Origin: Pseudomonadota bacterium | GTDB lineage: Bacteria; Pseudomonadota; Gammaproteobacteria; Burkholderiales; Rhodocyclaceae | DNA length: 57,998 nucleotides | NCBI GenBank assembly: GCA_049320945.1 | Contig: JBMOQT010000278.1 | Location: 1 to 57,998 of the forward strand | Reading direction: 5' to 3' | Shown: in pieces, positions 1-14,275 of the stretch | How the letters are laid out: each line of letters starts with the position of its first letter | Numbering within the stretch: the first letter of the stretch is position 1 | The notes under the pieces: model-generated | Seen by the model: only the letters and a program-made list of their open reading frames with translations | Told to the model about the DNA's origin: nothing | The model's database searches: none | Program-made: the position numbers and the translations under genes

Positions 1-788
1 CGCGTCTCCCGCGCCGCGGCGCGCGCCGCCGCGGCGTAGTCCTCGCCCCGGCCGGCGTATAGGATGGCGCGGGAGGAGTTGATCATGAGGCCGATGCCCT
101 GGGCCGTGCGCCCGGCCTTGACCGTGGCCTCGATGTCGCCCCCCTGGGCGCCGATGCCCGGTACCAGCAGCGGCATGTCGCCCACCAGGCGGCGCACTTC
201 CGCCAGCTCGGCCGGGAAAGTGGCGCCCACCACCAGCGCGCACTGGCCGCCGCGGTTCCATTGGCTAGCCACCAGCTCGGCCACGTGCTGGTAGAGCCTG
301 CGCCCGCCGGTCTCCAGGAATTGCAGGTCGCTGCCGCCCGGGTTGGAGGTGCGGCACAGGACGACGACGCCCTTGTCGCCGTAGGCGAGATAGGGCGCGA
401 CGGAATCGAAACCCATGTAGGGATTGACCGTGAGGGCATCGGCGCGGAAGCGCTCGAAGGCCTCGCGCGCGTACTGCTCGGCGGTGGCTCCGATGTCGCC
501 GCGCTTGGCATCGAGGATCACCGGGATGCCCGGATGGCGCCGGTGGATGTGCTCGATCAGGGCTTCCAGCTGGTCTTCCGCCCGGTTGGCGGCGAAATAG
601 GCGATCTGGGGCTTGAAGGCGCACACCAGGTCGGCCGTGGCATCCACGATGGCGCGGCAGAACTCCAGGATGGCGTCGGCGCGCCCCTGCAGGTGGGCGG
701 GGAACTTTCCCGGGTCCGGATCCAGTCCCACGCACAGCAGGGAGTCGTTGCGGGCCCAGGCGCCCCGCAGGCTGCTCACGAAATCCAT
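1..788 (-). CDS. pyrF: orotidine 5'-phosphate decarboxylase (long type-2 form), 3' end cut by window edge
   Basis: Absent from the ORF track because it runs off the window edge. My reverse-strand translation from the ATG (complement of 786-788) gives [30 protein letters not shown]...[18 protein letters not shown]...[12 protein letters not shown], which are typical PyrF motifs. Confidence 0.85.
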   Translation of the reverse strand, partial: MDFVSSLRGAWARNDSLLCVGLDPDPGKFPAHLQGRADAILEFCRAIVDATADLVCAFKPQIAYFAANRAEDQLEALIEHIHRRHPGIPVILDAKRGDIGATAEQYAREAFERFRADALTVNPYMGFDSVAPYLAYGDKGVVVLCRTSNPGGSDLQFLETGGRRLYQHVAELVASQWNRGGQCALVVGATFPAELAEVRRLVGDMPLLVPGIGAQGGDIEATVKAGRTAQGIGLMINSSRAILYAGRGEDYAAAARAAARET

Positions 789-905
789 GGCGTCATCCGC
801 ATCGAACAAGAACGGGATTTTACCCGGTGCCGCGCTCCCCGTCGGTTCGTTGACAGCGCCGGCTCCTTGCACCACTCTGAAACCATACTCACCTCGTGTT
901 CCATC

Positions 906-2291
906 ATGAACGAAGAAGCCTCCACAGCCCGCGGCTTTCCGGGGCGCCTGCGCGCCCTGTTCAACGGCAACAAGGCGCCCGCGCCCGCGCCGCGCCTGTC
1001 CGCCAAGCAGGTGGACAGGCTGCGGGCGCAACTGAAGGAGTGCGCCGCCGGTGTCGGCGGCGAGGTCTCGACGCGCATGCGCGCCGCCCGGCTGGGCGAG
1101 ACCTACCTCAAGCTGGACGACGCCGGCCGCCACGAATTCCTGCGCCTGATCGCCCTGGAGTTCGGTCCCGATCCCAAGGCGGTGGAGCAGGCCCACGCCG
1201 CCTACCAGCGCTCCGTGGGCACGCCCGGCCAGTGGGACGGGGAGCTGCAGTTGCGCGCCGCCATGCGCTCCTCGCGCATCCGCGTCCTGACCCAGTTCAA
1301 CGCCCTGCCCCAGGGCGTGAAGTTCCTGGTGGACATGCGCGCGGATCTGCTGCGCTTCCTCCAGGACGACCCGGAGCTGGCGGTGCTCGACCGGGAGCTG
1401 GAGGGGCGGCTCACGGCCTGGTTCGACGTTGGCTTCCTGGAACTGCAGCGCATCACCTGGAACTCGCCGGCTGCGCTGCTGGAAAAGCTCATCGCCTACG
1501 AGGCGGTGCATGAGATCCGTTCCTGGACCGACCTGCACAACCGCCTGGATTCCGACCGGCGCTGCTACGCCTTCTTCCATCCGCGCATGCCCATGGAGCC
1601 CCTCATCTTCGTGGAGGTGGCGCTGACCAGGAAGCTGGCGGACAACATCCACGAGCTGCTGGACGAATCGGCGCCGGTGTTCGACGCCCAGCGCGCCGAC
1701 ACGGCCATCTTCTACTCCATCTCCAACACCCAGAAGGGCCTGCGCGGCGTGTCCTTCGGCAACTTCCTGCTCAAGCGCGTCATCGACGACTTGAAGCGCG
1801 ATTTCCCGCGCCTGAAATGCTTCGCCACCCTGTCGCCCATTCCCCAGTTCCGGGCGTGGCTCAAGAGCGAGCCGGAGGCCCTGTGCAACGCCGCCAGCGA
1901 GCGGGAATGGGCGCGCATCCGCAAGGCGGCCGAAGTAAGCGGCGACGCCACTCTGCACGACGTCCTGGCGGACCCGGACTGGCCGCGCAAGCCGGCTCTC
2001 GCCGGCGCGCTGCGCGAACCCCTGGAGCGGCTGTGTGCGCGCTATCTGGCCGAGGCCAGGCAGGACGGCCGCCCCCACGATCCGGTGGCGCGCTTCCACC
2101 TGGGCAACGGCGCGCGCATCGAGCGCCTCAACTGGCTGGCCGACACCTCGGCGAAAGGGCTAAAGCAATCCTTCGGCATGATGGTGAACTACCTGTACGA
2201 CCCGGATGCGATCGAGGAGAACGTCGAGAACTATGCGGGCGCGGGCAAGATTGCCGTCTCCGCGACATTGCGCCGCCTGCTCAGGCCGTAG
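906..2291 (+). CDS. malonyl-CoA decarboxylase (MLYCD/MatA family)
   Basis: This is the C-terminal 461 codons of track ORF 261..2291, starting at ATG 906 (MNEEAST). It has the conserved [18 protein letters not shown] and [24 protein letters not shown] blocks and ...GMMVNYLY. The part of the ORF upstream of 906 is antisense to pyrF. Confidence 0.85.
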   Translation: MNEEASTARGFPGRLRALFNGNKAPAPAPRLSAKQVDRLRAQLKECAAGVGGEVSTRMRAARLGETYLKLDDAGRHEFLRLIALEFGPDPKAVEQAHAAYQRSVGTPGQWDGELQLRAAMRSSRIRVLTQFNALPQGVKFLVDMRADLLRFLQDDPELAVLDRELEGRLTAWFDVGFLELQRITWNSPAALLEKLIAYEAVHEIRSWTDLHNRLDSDRRCYAFFHPRMPMEPLIFVEVALTRKLADNIHELLDESAPVFDAQRADTAIFYSISNTQKGLRGVSFGNFLLKRVIDDLKRDFPRLKCFATLSPIPQFRAWLKSEPEALCNAASEREWARIRKAAEVSGDATLHDVLADPDWPRKPALAGALREPLERLCARYLAEARQDGRPHDPVARFHLGNGARIERLNWLADTSAKGLKQSFGMMVNYLYDPDAIEENVENYAGAGKIAVSATLRRLLRP

Positions 2292-2323
2292 AATTTCGCT
2301 CTTTGCCAGTGGGGAGAGAAGAT

Positions 2324-2797
2324 ATGAGCCAGCGCCCGTTCAAGATCCTGGGCATCCAGCAGATCGCCATCGGCGGCCTCGACAAGTCGCGCCTGCGCAA
2401 GCTGTGGGTGGACACCCTCGGCCTGGAAGTGGTGGGCAACTACCAGAGCGAACGGGAAAACGTGGACGAGGACATCGCCGTGATGGGCAAGGGGCCGTTC
2501 AAATGCGAAGTGGACCTGATGCAGCCCCTCGACGCCGCCAAGAAGCCGGCGGTGAACGAGCCGCCCCTCAACCACGTGGGTCTGTGGGTGGATGACCTGC
2601 CCAAGGCGGTGGAATGGCTCACGGCCAACGGCGTGCGCTTCGCCCCGGGCGGCATCCGCAAGGGCGCCTCGGGCTTCGACATCTGCTTCGTGCACCCCAA
2701 GGGCAACGAGCAATTCCCCATCGGCGGCGAAGGCGTGCTGATCGAGCTGGTGCAGGCGCCGCCGGAAGTGATCGAGGCCTTCGCCAGGCTTTTTTAG
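2324..2797 (+). CDS. mce: methylmalonyl-CoA epimerase / glyoxalase-VOC family protein
   Basis: ATG 2324 is preceded by GGGGAGAGAAG. The 157-aa product has a VOC fold ([19 protein letters not shown]). It is convergent with the pccA-pccB-meaB-mcm cluster. Confidence 0.7.
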   Translation: MSQRPFKILGIQQIAIGGLDKSRLRKLWVDTLGLEVVGNYQSERENVDEDIAVMGKGPFKCEVDLMQPLDAAKKPAVNEPPLNHVGLWVDDLPKAVEWLTANGVRFAPGGIRKGASGFDICFVHPKGNEQFPIGGEGVLIELVQAPPEVIEAFARLF

Positions 2798-2803
2798 AAG
2801 AAG

Positions 2804-2835
2804 CCCCTCCCCGGCCCCCGGGGGCCGGGGAGGGG
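2804..2835. terminator. perfect 32-nt GC palindrome between convergent mce and pccA (bidirectional terminator candidate)
   Basis: CCCCTCCCCGGCCCCC/GGGGGCCGGGGAGGGG, read directly. It lies 7 nt after the mce stop and 5 nt before the pccA stop. There is no clear U-tract. Confidence 0.55.
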
Positions 2836-2839
2836 CAGG

Positions 2840-4828
<1,989 letters not shown>

Positions 4829-4842
4829 TTCAAACCCCCTTT

Positions 4843-4915
4843 ACCACAGAGACACAGAGGAAGCACAGAGAATGGTTCTTCAGGAAGTTCCTCTGGGTCT
4901 CTGTGCCTCTGTGGT
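4843..4915 (-). repeat. long imperfect intercistronic hairpin built from CACAGAG-type repeats (pccB-pccA spacer)
   Basis: ACCACAGAGACACAGAGG...(loop)...CCTCTGTGCCTCTGTGGT. About 17 bp pair with one mismatch, plus a second CACAGAG/CTCTGGG segment. Confidence 0.5.
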
Positions 4916-4924
4916 TAATGGTTT

Positions 4925-6449
<1,525 letters not shown>

Positions 6450-6457
<8 letters not shown>

Positions 6458-7478
6458 GGTGATTCTCCGAACTTGGTTTTTGCAAATAGCCCAGCAGCCG
6501 GTAGGCGGCGGCTGCGGGCGTCATGCTGCCCTGGGCCACCGCCCGCTGGATCTCGTCCAGGTGGCGCCGCACATGGGGATGGCGGCGGAAGTGCAGGCGC
6601 AGGCCGCTGTCGATCAGGGTCCACATCCAGTCCACCGCCTGGCGCCGGCGCTTGGCCTCGAATTCGCCGCTGTCGACCATGATCTTGCGGTAGCGCTCGA
6701 TTTCGCCCCACAGCAGATCCATGCCCTCGTGGCGCAAGGCGCTCACCATGACCACCGGCGGACGCCAGTCGGGCGAGGCGGCGCGCAGCAGCGACAGGGC
6801 GTTGCGCAATTGGTGGCGCGCGAACTCCGCCGCCTTGGGATCGATGTCGGCCTTGTTGATGGCGACGATGTCGGCCAGCTCGACGATGCCCTTCTTCATG
6901 CCCTGCAGTTCGTCGCCGGCGTTGGGCAGCTGGAGCAGGACGAAAACATCCACCATGCCCGCCACCGCCGTCTCCGACTGGCCCACACCCACGGTCTCGA
7001 CGATGATCACGTCGAATCCGGCGGCCTCGCACACCAGCAGGGCTTCGCGCGTCTTCTCCGCCACGCCGCCCAGGCTGCCGCCCGAGGGCGAGGGGCGGAT
7101 GAAGGCGTCATGGGACCGGGACAGGCGCTCCATGCGCGTCTTGTCCCCCAGGATGGAGCCGCCGGAAATGGCGCTGGAGGGGTCCACAGCGAGCACCGCC
7201 ACCTTGTGGCCGCGCTCGATGAGATGCAGGCCCAGGGCCTCGATGAAGGTGGACTTGCCGGCACCGGGGGCGCCGGAGATGCCGACCCGGATGGAGCGGC
7301 CGGTGTGGGGGAGCAGGGCCTCCAGCAGCCCCTGGGCGCGCACCTGGTGATCGGCGCGGGTGGACTCCACCAGGGTAATGGCCTTGGCCAGGGCCCGGCG
7401 CTTGTGGGCCAGCACGCCGTCCACCAGCGCCCGGTCGGCGTCGTCGCGCAGGGCCTGGCCGGTCACGGTGTCGTTCAT
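6450..7478 (-). CDS. meaB: methylmalonyl-CoA mutase-associated G-protein chaperone MeaB/ArgK
   Basis: P-loop [13 protein letters not shown] and an NKAD motif. Its stop overlaps the pccB start by 8 nt. Confidence 0.9.
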
Positions 7479-7494
7479 CCGGGCCGCCGCCGGG

Positions 7495-9654
<2,160 letters not shown>

Positions 9655-9771
9655 GGGACACCTCTTTCGTGCAATCGCTGATGGATACCGGGCGCTTGAC
9701 ATCCCGTGACGTTAATAATACGTTATCCATAATTATGAATGCAAGAGGGGGGATTGGCCTCCCGAAGTAAC

Positions 9772-10461
9772 ATGATGGTCAGCCGCATAAAGCAACCCGC
9801 CCTGTACGAGGAAGTGGCCGAGCGCCTGCGCCAGCGCATTTTCCGCCATGAGCTGGCGCCGGGCGCCTGGATAGACGAGCAGGCCTTGGCCGAGGAATTC
9901 GGCATCAGCCGCACCCCCCTGCGGGAAGCCCTCAAGGTGCTGGCGGCCGAAGGCCTGGTGACCCTGAAGCCGCGCCGTGGCTGCTACGTCACCGAGCTGT
10001 CGGAGCAGGACCTGGACGAGATCTTCGATCTCATGGCCCTGCTGGAAGGCCGCTGCGCCGCCGAGGCGGTGCGCAGGATGGGCGCCGGGGCGCTGGCGCA
10101 GCTGGAGCGGCTGCACGACGAGCTGGAGCGGGCGGCGGCCGCCGGCGACATCGACCGCTTCTTTGAAGCCAACCAGGGCTTTCACTTAACCCTGCAGCAG
10201 ATCGCCGGCAACCGCTGGCTGCTGCAGGTGATCCAGGACCTGCGCAAGGTCATGAAGCTCAACCGCCACCATTCCCTGTTCCTGGAAGGGCGGCTGGAGC
10301 AGTCCCTGGAAGAGCACCGGGCCATCATGGAAGCGATCCGCGACCGGGACGCCGCCCGGGCCGAGGAGGCCATGCGCGCCCACCTGCGCTCGGGGCGACG
10401 GGCGCTCAGCCGCATGCAGGCGGCGGCTACAACGCCAGCCCATCACGTCAGCTACGAATAG
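9772..10461 (+). CDS. GntR/FadR-family transcriptional regulator (FCD domain)
   Basis: wHTH LAEEFGISRTPLREALKVLAAEGLV followed by an FCD-type helical domain. The start is ambiguous (9739, 9772 or 9775). It is divergent from mcm. Confidence 0.8.
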   Translation: MMVSRIKQPALYEEVAERLRQRIFRHELAPGAWIDEQALAEEFGISRTPLREALKVLAAEGLVTLKPRRGCYVTELSEQDLDEIFDLMALLEGRCAAEAVRRMGAGALAQLERLHDELERAAAAGDIDRFFEANQGFHLTLQQIAGNRWLLQVIQDLRKVMKLNRHHSLFLEGRLEQSLEEHRAIMEAIRDRDAARAEEAMRAHLRSGRRALSRMQAAATTPAHHVSYE

Positions 10462-10492
10462 CGGATTGAAAAGGCGCCAAGCCGGTGCTAAA

Positions 10493-10513
10493 TTCTGTCC
10501 AGTCTGGACAGAA
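10493..10513. promoter_or_regulatory. palindromic operator candidate over the vapB promoter
   Basis: TTCTGTCCA-gtc-TGGACAGAA, 9-bp perfect arms. It lies just after a TGcTAAATT extended -10-like box (10486-10494) and 12 nt before the vapB ATG. Confidence 0.5.
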
Positions 10514-10524
10514 CAGGAGGCTTC

Positions 10525-10779
10525 ATGGCTAAGGCTTGGGCATTGCAGGATGCCAAGAACCATTTCAGCGAAGTAGTGGACCGCGCCCTGCAGGACGGCC
10601 CCCAAACGGTGACGCGCCATGGCCGCGAGGCGGTCGTGATTGTCTCCGCCGAGGAGTTCAAGCGCCTGACGCAACCGGAGGAATCCCTGGCGGACTTCTT
10701 CCGCCGCTCGCCCCTGCATGGCCTCGAGCTGGAGATCGAGCGTCAGCGCGATACCGGCCGGCGGGTGGATCTTGGCTAG
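10525..10779 (+). CDS. vapB: type II antitoxin (Phd/YefM-fold, VapB-like)
   Basis: 84 aa. MAKAWALQDAKNHFSEVVDRA...VIVSAEEF is a typical antitoxin N-terminus. AGGAGG lies upstream. Confidence 0.8.
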   Translation: MAKAWALQDAKNHFSEVVDRALQDGPQTVTRHGREAVVIVSAEEFKRLTQPEESLADFFRRSPLHGLELEIERQRDTGRRVDLG

Positions 10780-11218
10780 GACCATCGCCTGTGACGGCGG
10801 CTATCTGCTCGACACCTGCGTCCTGTCGGAGCTGGTCAAACCGGCGCCTGACCGCGGCTTGATCGGATGGCTGGAAGCAACCGATGAGCGGCGCCTGTAT
10901 CTGAGCGCCCTGACCCTTGGCAAGCTCGCCAAGGGCGTCGCCCGCCTGGCAAGCGGCGAGCGTCAGCGCCGTCTGCAGACCTGGCTGGACGAGGATCTCT
11001 CCCGGCGCTTCGTCGGGCGTATCCTGTCCGTAGACCGGCACGTCGCCCTGCGCTGGGGCGAGCTGCAGGCGCAGGCGGAAAGGCGCGGCCGGCCCATGCC
11101 GGTCATCGATGCCCTGCTCGCCGCCACCGCCGCCGTCCATGCCCTCACGGTCGTCACCCGCAACGGCGGCGACATGGCTGAGAGTGGCGTCACCACCGTC
11201 AATCCCTGGAGCCCTTGA
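10772..11218 (+). CDS. vapC: PIN-domain ribonuclease toxin VapC (FitB-like)
   Basis: YLLDTCVLSEL (first acidic PIN residue)...TVVTRNGGDM. There is no in-frame ATG near the domain start. I place the start at TTG 10772, overlapping the vapB stop by 8 nt. The start is uncertain. Confidence 0.7.
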   Translation: MARTIACDGGYLLDTCVLSELVKPAPDRGLIGWLEATDERRLYLSALTLGKLAKGVARLASGERQRRLQTWLDEDLSRRFVGRILSVDRHVALRWGELQAQAERRGRPMPVIDALLAATAAVHALTVVTRNGGDMAESGVTTVNPWSP

Positions 11219-11223
11219 GATCC

Positions 11224-12006
11224 ATGTCCGGAAAAATCACCACCAGGATCCAGGACCGCATCGCCCTCGTCACCCTGGACAACCCGGCCAAGCGCAATGC
11301 CCTGTCCGCCGCCATGTGGGAGGAGCTGGCGGCCGTGTTCGGCAGGCTGTCGGCGGACACGGAACTGCGCTGCGTGGTCATCCGCGGCGCCGGCCAGGAC
11401 TTCGCCGCGGGCGGGGACATCGCCGAGTTTCCGGAGGTGCGCGGCACCCGCGAGAAGTGCCTGCATTTCCACCAGGTCACGGTGGGCAATGCTCTGCGCG
11501 CCATCGACCAATGCCTGCACCCGACCGTGGCCCTGATCCGCGGCAACTGCGTCGGCGGCGGGCTGGAGATCGCCGCCCAGTGCGACTTGCGCATCGCCGG
11601 CCACTCGGCGCGCTTCGGCGCCCCCATCGGCAGGCTGGGCTTCACCATGGCCCACACGGAGCTGGCCAACCTGGTGGCGCGGGTCGGTCCGGCGGTGATG
11701 CTGGAGATCCTGCTGGAGGGCCGCCTCATGGGCGCCGACGAAGCCTACCGCAAGGGCCTGGTGACGCGGGTGGTGCAGGATGCGGATACGGAGGAGGAAG
11801 CCCTGGCCACCGCCCGGCGCATCGCCGCCGGCGCGCCCCTGGTGGCGCGCGCCCACAAGAAGCTGGTGCGCCGCCTCGCCTTCCGGGCGACACCGCTGGA
11901 CGAGGGGGAGATCGCCGAGAACTTCGCCTTCCTCGACAGCGCCGACTACCAGGAGGGCCTGCGCGCCTTCCTGGCCAAGGAGACGCCCGAGTTCCAGGGG
12001 CGCTGA
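11224..12006 (+). CDS. enoyl-CoA hydratase/isomerase (crotonase) family protein
   Basis: IALVTLDNPAKRNAL...VVIRGAGQDFAAGGDI crotonase motifs. The alternative start is 11215. Confidence 0.8.
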   Translation: MSGKITTRIQDRIALVTLDNPAKRNALSAAMWEELAAVFGRLSADTELRCVVIRGAGQDFAAGGDIAEFPEVRGTREKCLHFHQVTVGNALRAIDQCLHPTVALIRGNCVGGGLEIAAQCDLRIAGHSARFGAPIGRLGFTMAHTELANLVARVGPAVMLEILLEGRLMGADEAYRKGLVTRVVQDADTEEEALATARRIAAGAPLVARAHKKLVRRLAFRATPLDEGEIAENFAFLDSADYQEGLRAFLAKETPEFQGR

Positions 12007-12074
12007 GTGTCCTTGATTTGGCCGGGGCGCGCTGCTAGCGTGAAATGGTCCTCCAACCCCAACAGGAGACCGCC

Positions 12075-12854
12075 ATGGCTGCAGTATGCCCCATCGGTTT
12101 CGACAAGGAAAAACTGAAGGCCGAGGTGCGCGCCACCTATGCCCGGGTGGCGCAGAATCCCGAAGGCGATTTCCACTTTCACCGGGGTCCCGAATACGCC
12201 GCCCGACAACTGGGCTACGACCTGGCCGAGTTGCGCACTCTGCCCGAGTCGGCCACCGCGCCCTTCGCCGGCGTCGGCAATCCCTTCAGGGCGGGCCAGC
12301 TGCCCTTGGGCGCCCGGGTCATCGACATCGGCTCGGGGGCGGGCATGGACTGCCTGCTGGCGGGCCGGCGCGTCGGTCCCACGGGCCGCGTCACCGGCAT
12401 CGACATGACCGAGGCCATGCTGGAGCGGGCGCGGCGCGCCGCCCGGGAAGCGGACATGCCTCACGTGGGCTTCGAGCGCGGCGACATGACCGAGCTGCCC
12501 CTGCCGGACGCCAGCGTGGACGTGGTCATCTCCAACGGCGTGATCAACCTCGCCCCGGACAAGCCGGCGGTGTTCCGCGAGCTGTACCGCGTCACCCGCC
12601 CCGGCGGCCGCCTGCAGTTCGCCGACATCGTCATCGAAGTCGAGCTGTCGGAAGCGGCGCGCAATGACATCGACTTATGGACAGGATGAATCGCCGGCGC
12701 TCTGCAGGTTGCAGAGCTCCTCGAAGTGATGCGGGAAGCGGGCTTCCGCGACGTCGCCGTGGGCGATTATTTCGATCCCTTCCTGGGCACGTCGAAAGAG
12801 AAGACGGCGCGCAAGTACGGCGTGCGCGGCGCCAACTTCGTTGCCTGGCGCTGA
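12075..12854 (+). CDS. SAM-dependent methyltransferase (ArsM/UbiE-like) with in-frame UGA read as selenocysteine (U205)
   Basis: The track ORF stops at TGA 12687-12689. The same frame stays open to TGA 12852-12854. SAM motif VIDIGSGAGMD. A SECIS-like hairpin follows the UGA, and selA/selB/tRNA-Sec follow immediately. The start is ATG 12075 (AGGAG 6 nt upstream) or ATG 12045. Confidence 0.75.
12699..12717 (+). promoter_or_regulatory. bacterial SECIS-like hairpin
   Basis: GCTCTGCA-GGT-TGCAGAGC, a perfect 8-bp stem. It begins 9 nt after the UGA, and its GGU apical loop is about 18-20 nt from the UGA. Confidence 0.65.
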
Positions 12855-12877
12855 GCCGCGCCGGGGCGGGTTGAGGC

Positions 12878-14275
12878 GTGGACGCCCGCCCGTCCTATGC
12901 GCTGCTGCCCTCCGTCGACGCGCTGCTCAACGTTCCCGCCGTCCAGGCCCTCAGCGCCGCCCACGGGCGCAGCACAGTGCTGGGCGCGGCGCGCGGGCTG
13001 CTGCAGGAATGCCGCGAGCGCCTGGGCCGCGAGCCCGACTGGCAGCCGCCCACCCTGGACGAGTTGGTCCCGGTCCTGGGCGCGCGCCTGGAACAGGCTA
13101 GCCGGCCCTCCCTGCGCCGGGTCTTCAACCTTACCGGCACGGTGCTGCACACCGGCCTGGGCCGCGCGCCCCTGCCCCAGGAGGCGGTCGAAGCGGTGGC
13201 CGCGGCCATGGCCCATGCCTGCAACCTGGAGGTGGATACGGCCTCGGGGCGGCGCGGCTGGCGCGACGCCCACGTGGCGGCGCTGCTGTGCGAGCTGACC
13301 GGGGCGGAAGCCGCCTGCGTGGTGAACAACAACGCCGGCGCCCTGTTCCTCGCCCTCAACACCCTGGCCCTGCGCAAGCGGGTGCCCGTGTCCCGGGGCG
13401 AGCTGATCGAGATCGGCGGCTCCTTCCGTCTGCCGGATATCATGGCGCGGGCCGGCTGCCGCCTGGTGGAAGTGGGCACCACCAATCGCACCTACCTGTC
13501 CGACTACCGGGACGCCCTCGACCCGCGCACCGCCCTGCTGCTCCAAGTGCATCCCAGCAACTTCGCCATCCAGGGTTTCGCCTGCCGGCCCGAGACCCGG
13601 GAGCTGGCCCAGCTCGCCGCCGCCCACGGCCTGCCCCTGGTGGTGGACCTGGGCAGCGGCGCCCTGTGCGACCTGGCAGCCTATGGCCTGCCCCACGAAC
13701 CGACGCCCGGCGAGGCCCTGCGGGCGGGAGCGCAGCTGATCACCTTCAGCGGCGACAAGCTGCTGGGCGGTCCCCAGGCCGGTCTCATGGTCGGTCGGGC
13801 CGAGCTGGTGCGGCGCATGGAGCGCAATCCCCTCAAGCGCGCCCTGCGGGCCGACAAGATGACCCTGGCGGCGCTGGAGGCGGTGTTGCGCCTGTACCGC
13901 CAGCCGGAACGGCTGGCCGAGCGCCTGCCGACCTTGCGCCTGCTCAGCCGCCCGCGCGCCGCCATCGAAGAGCAGGCGCAGCGCCTGCAACCGGTCCTAC
14001 AACAGGCCCTGCCCGGCTGGCGGGTGACCGTGGCGGCCTGCGACAGCCAGATCGGCACCGGCGCCCAGCCCCTGACGCGCCTGCCCAGCGCCGCCCTGGA
14101 GGTGCGTCCGGCCGAGGGGGACGGCGGGCTCGACACCCTGGCGGCGCGGCTGCGGGCGCTGCCCGTGCCCGTGTTCGGGCGCATCCAGGAGGGCGCCCTG
14201 ATCCTGGACCTGCGCTGCCTGGACGACGAGGCGCTGCTCGCCGAGCAGTTCCGGCGGCTGGGCGCGACGCCATGA
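12878..14275 (+). CDS. selA: L-seryl-tRNA(Sec) selenium transferase
   Basis: GTG start. The product begins [21 protein letters not shown]-lysine region [13 protein letters not shown]. 465 aa. Confidence 0.9.
   Translation: MDARPSYALLPSVDALLNVPAVQALSAAHGRSTVLGAARGLLQECRERLGREPDWQPPTLDELVPVLGARLEQASRPSLRRVFNLTGTVLHTGLGRAPLPQEAVEAVAAAMAHACNLEVDTASGRRGWRDAHVAALLCELTGAEAACVVNNNAGALFLALNTLALRKRVPVSRGELIEIGGSFRLPDIMARAGCRLVEVGTTNRTYLSDYRDALDPRTALLLQVHPSNFAIQGFACRPETRELAQLAAAHGLPLVVDLGSGALCDLAAYGLPHEPTPGEALRAGAQLITFSGDKLLGGPQAGLMVGRAELVRRMERNPLKRALRADKMTLAALEAVLRLYRQPERLAERLPTLRLLSRPRAAIEEQAQRLQPVLQQALPGWRVTVAACDSQIGTGAQPLTRLPSAALEVRPAEGDGGLDTLAARLRALPVPVFGRIQEGALILDLRCLDDEALLAEQFRRLGATP

Noticed and set aside
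261-905. N-terminal 215 codons of the 676-aa track ORF that contains malonyl-CoA decarboxylase
   Set aside because: This stretch is antisense to pyrF, whose translation I verified. The decarboxylase homology begins only after ATG 906.
9696-9724. Sigma-70 promoter (TTGACA at 9696-9701) for the first GntR gene or mcm divergent region
   Set aside because: The -35 is perfect. However, no acceptable -10 hexamer sits at 16-18 nt spacing (TACGTT/ATACGT only), and the TAATAA box is only 11 nt away. This is too weak to report as a feature.
12677-12874. 65-aa ORF overlapping the region after the UGA of the methyltransferase
   Set aside because: It is in a different frame from the methyltransferase and has an Arg-rich product. 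The methyltransferase-frame read-through gives a far more protein-like sequence, so the extension, not this ORF, explains the open frame.
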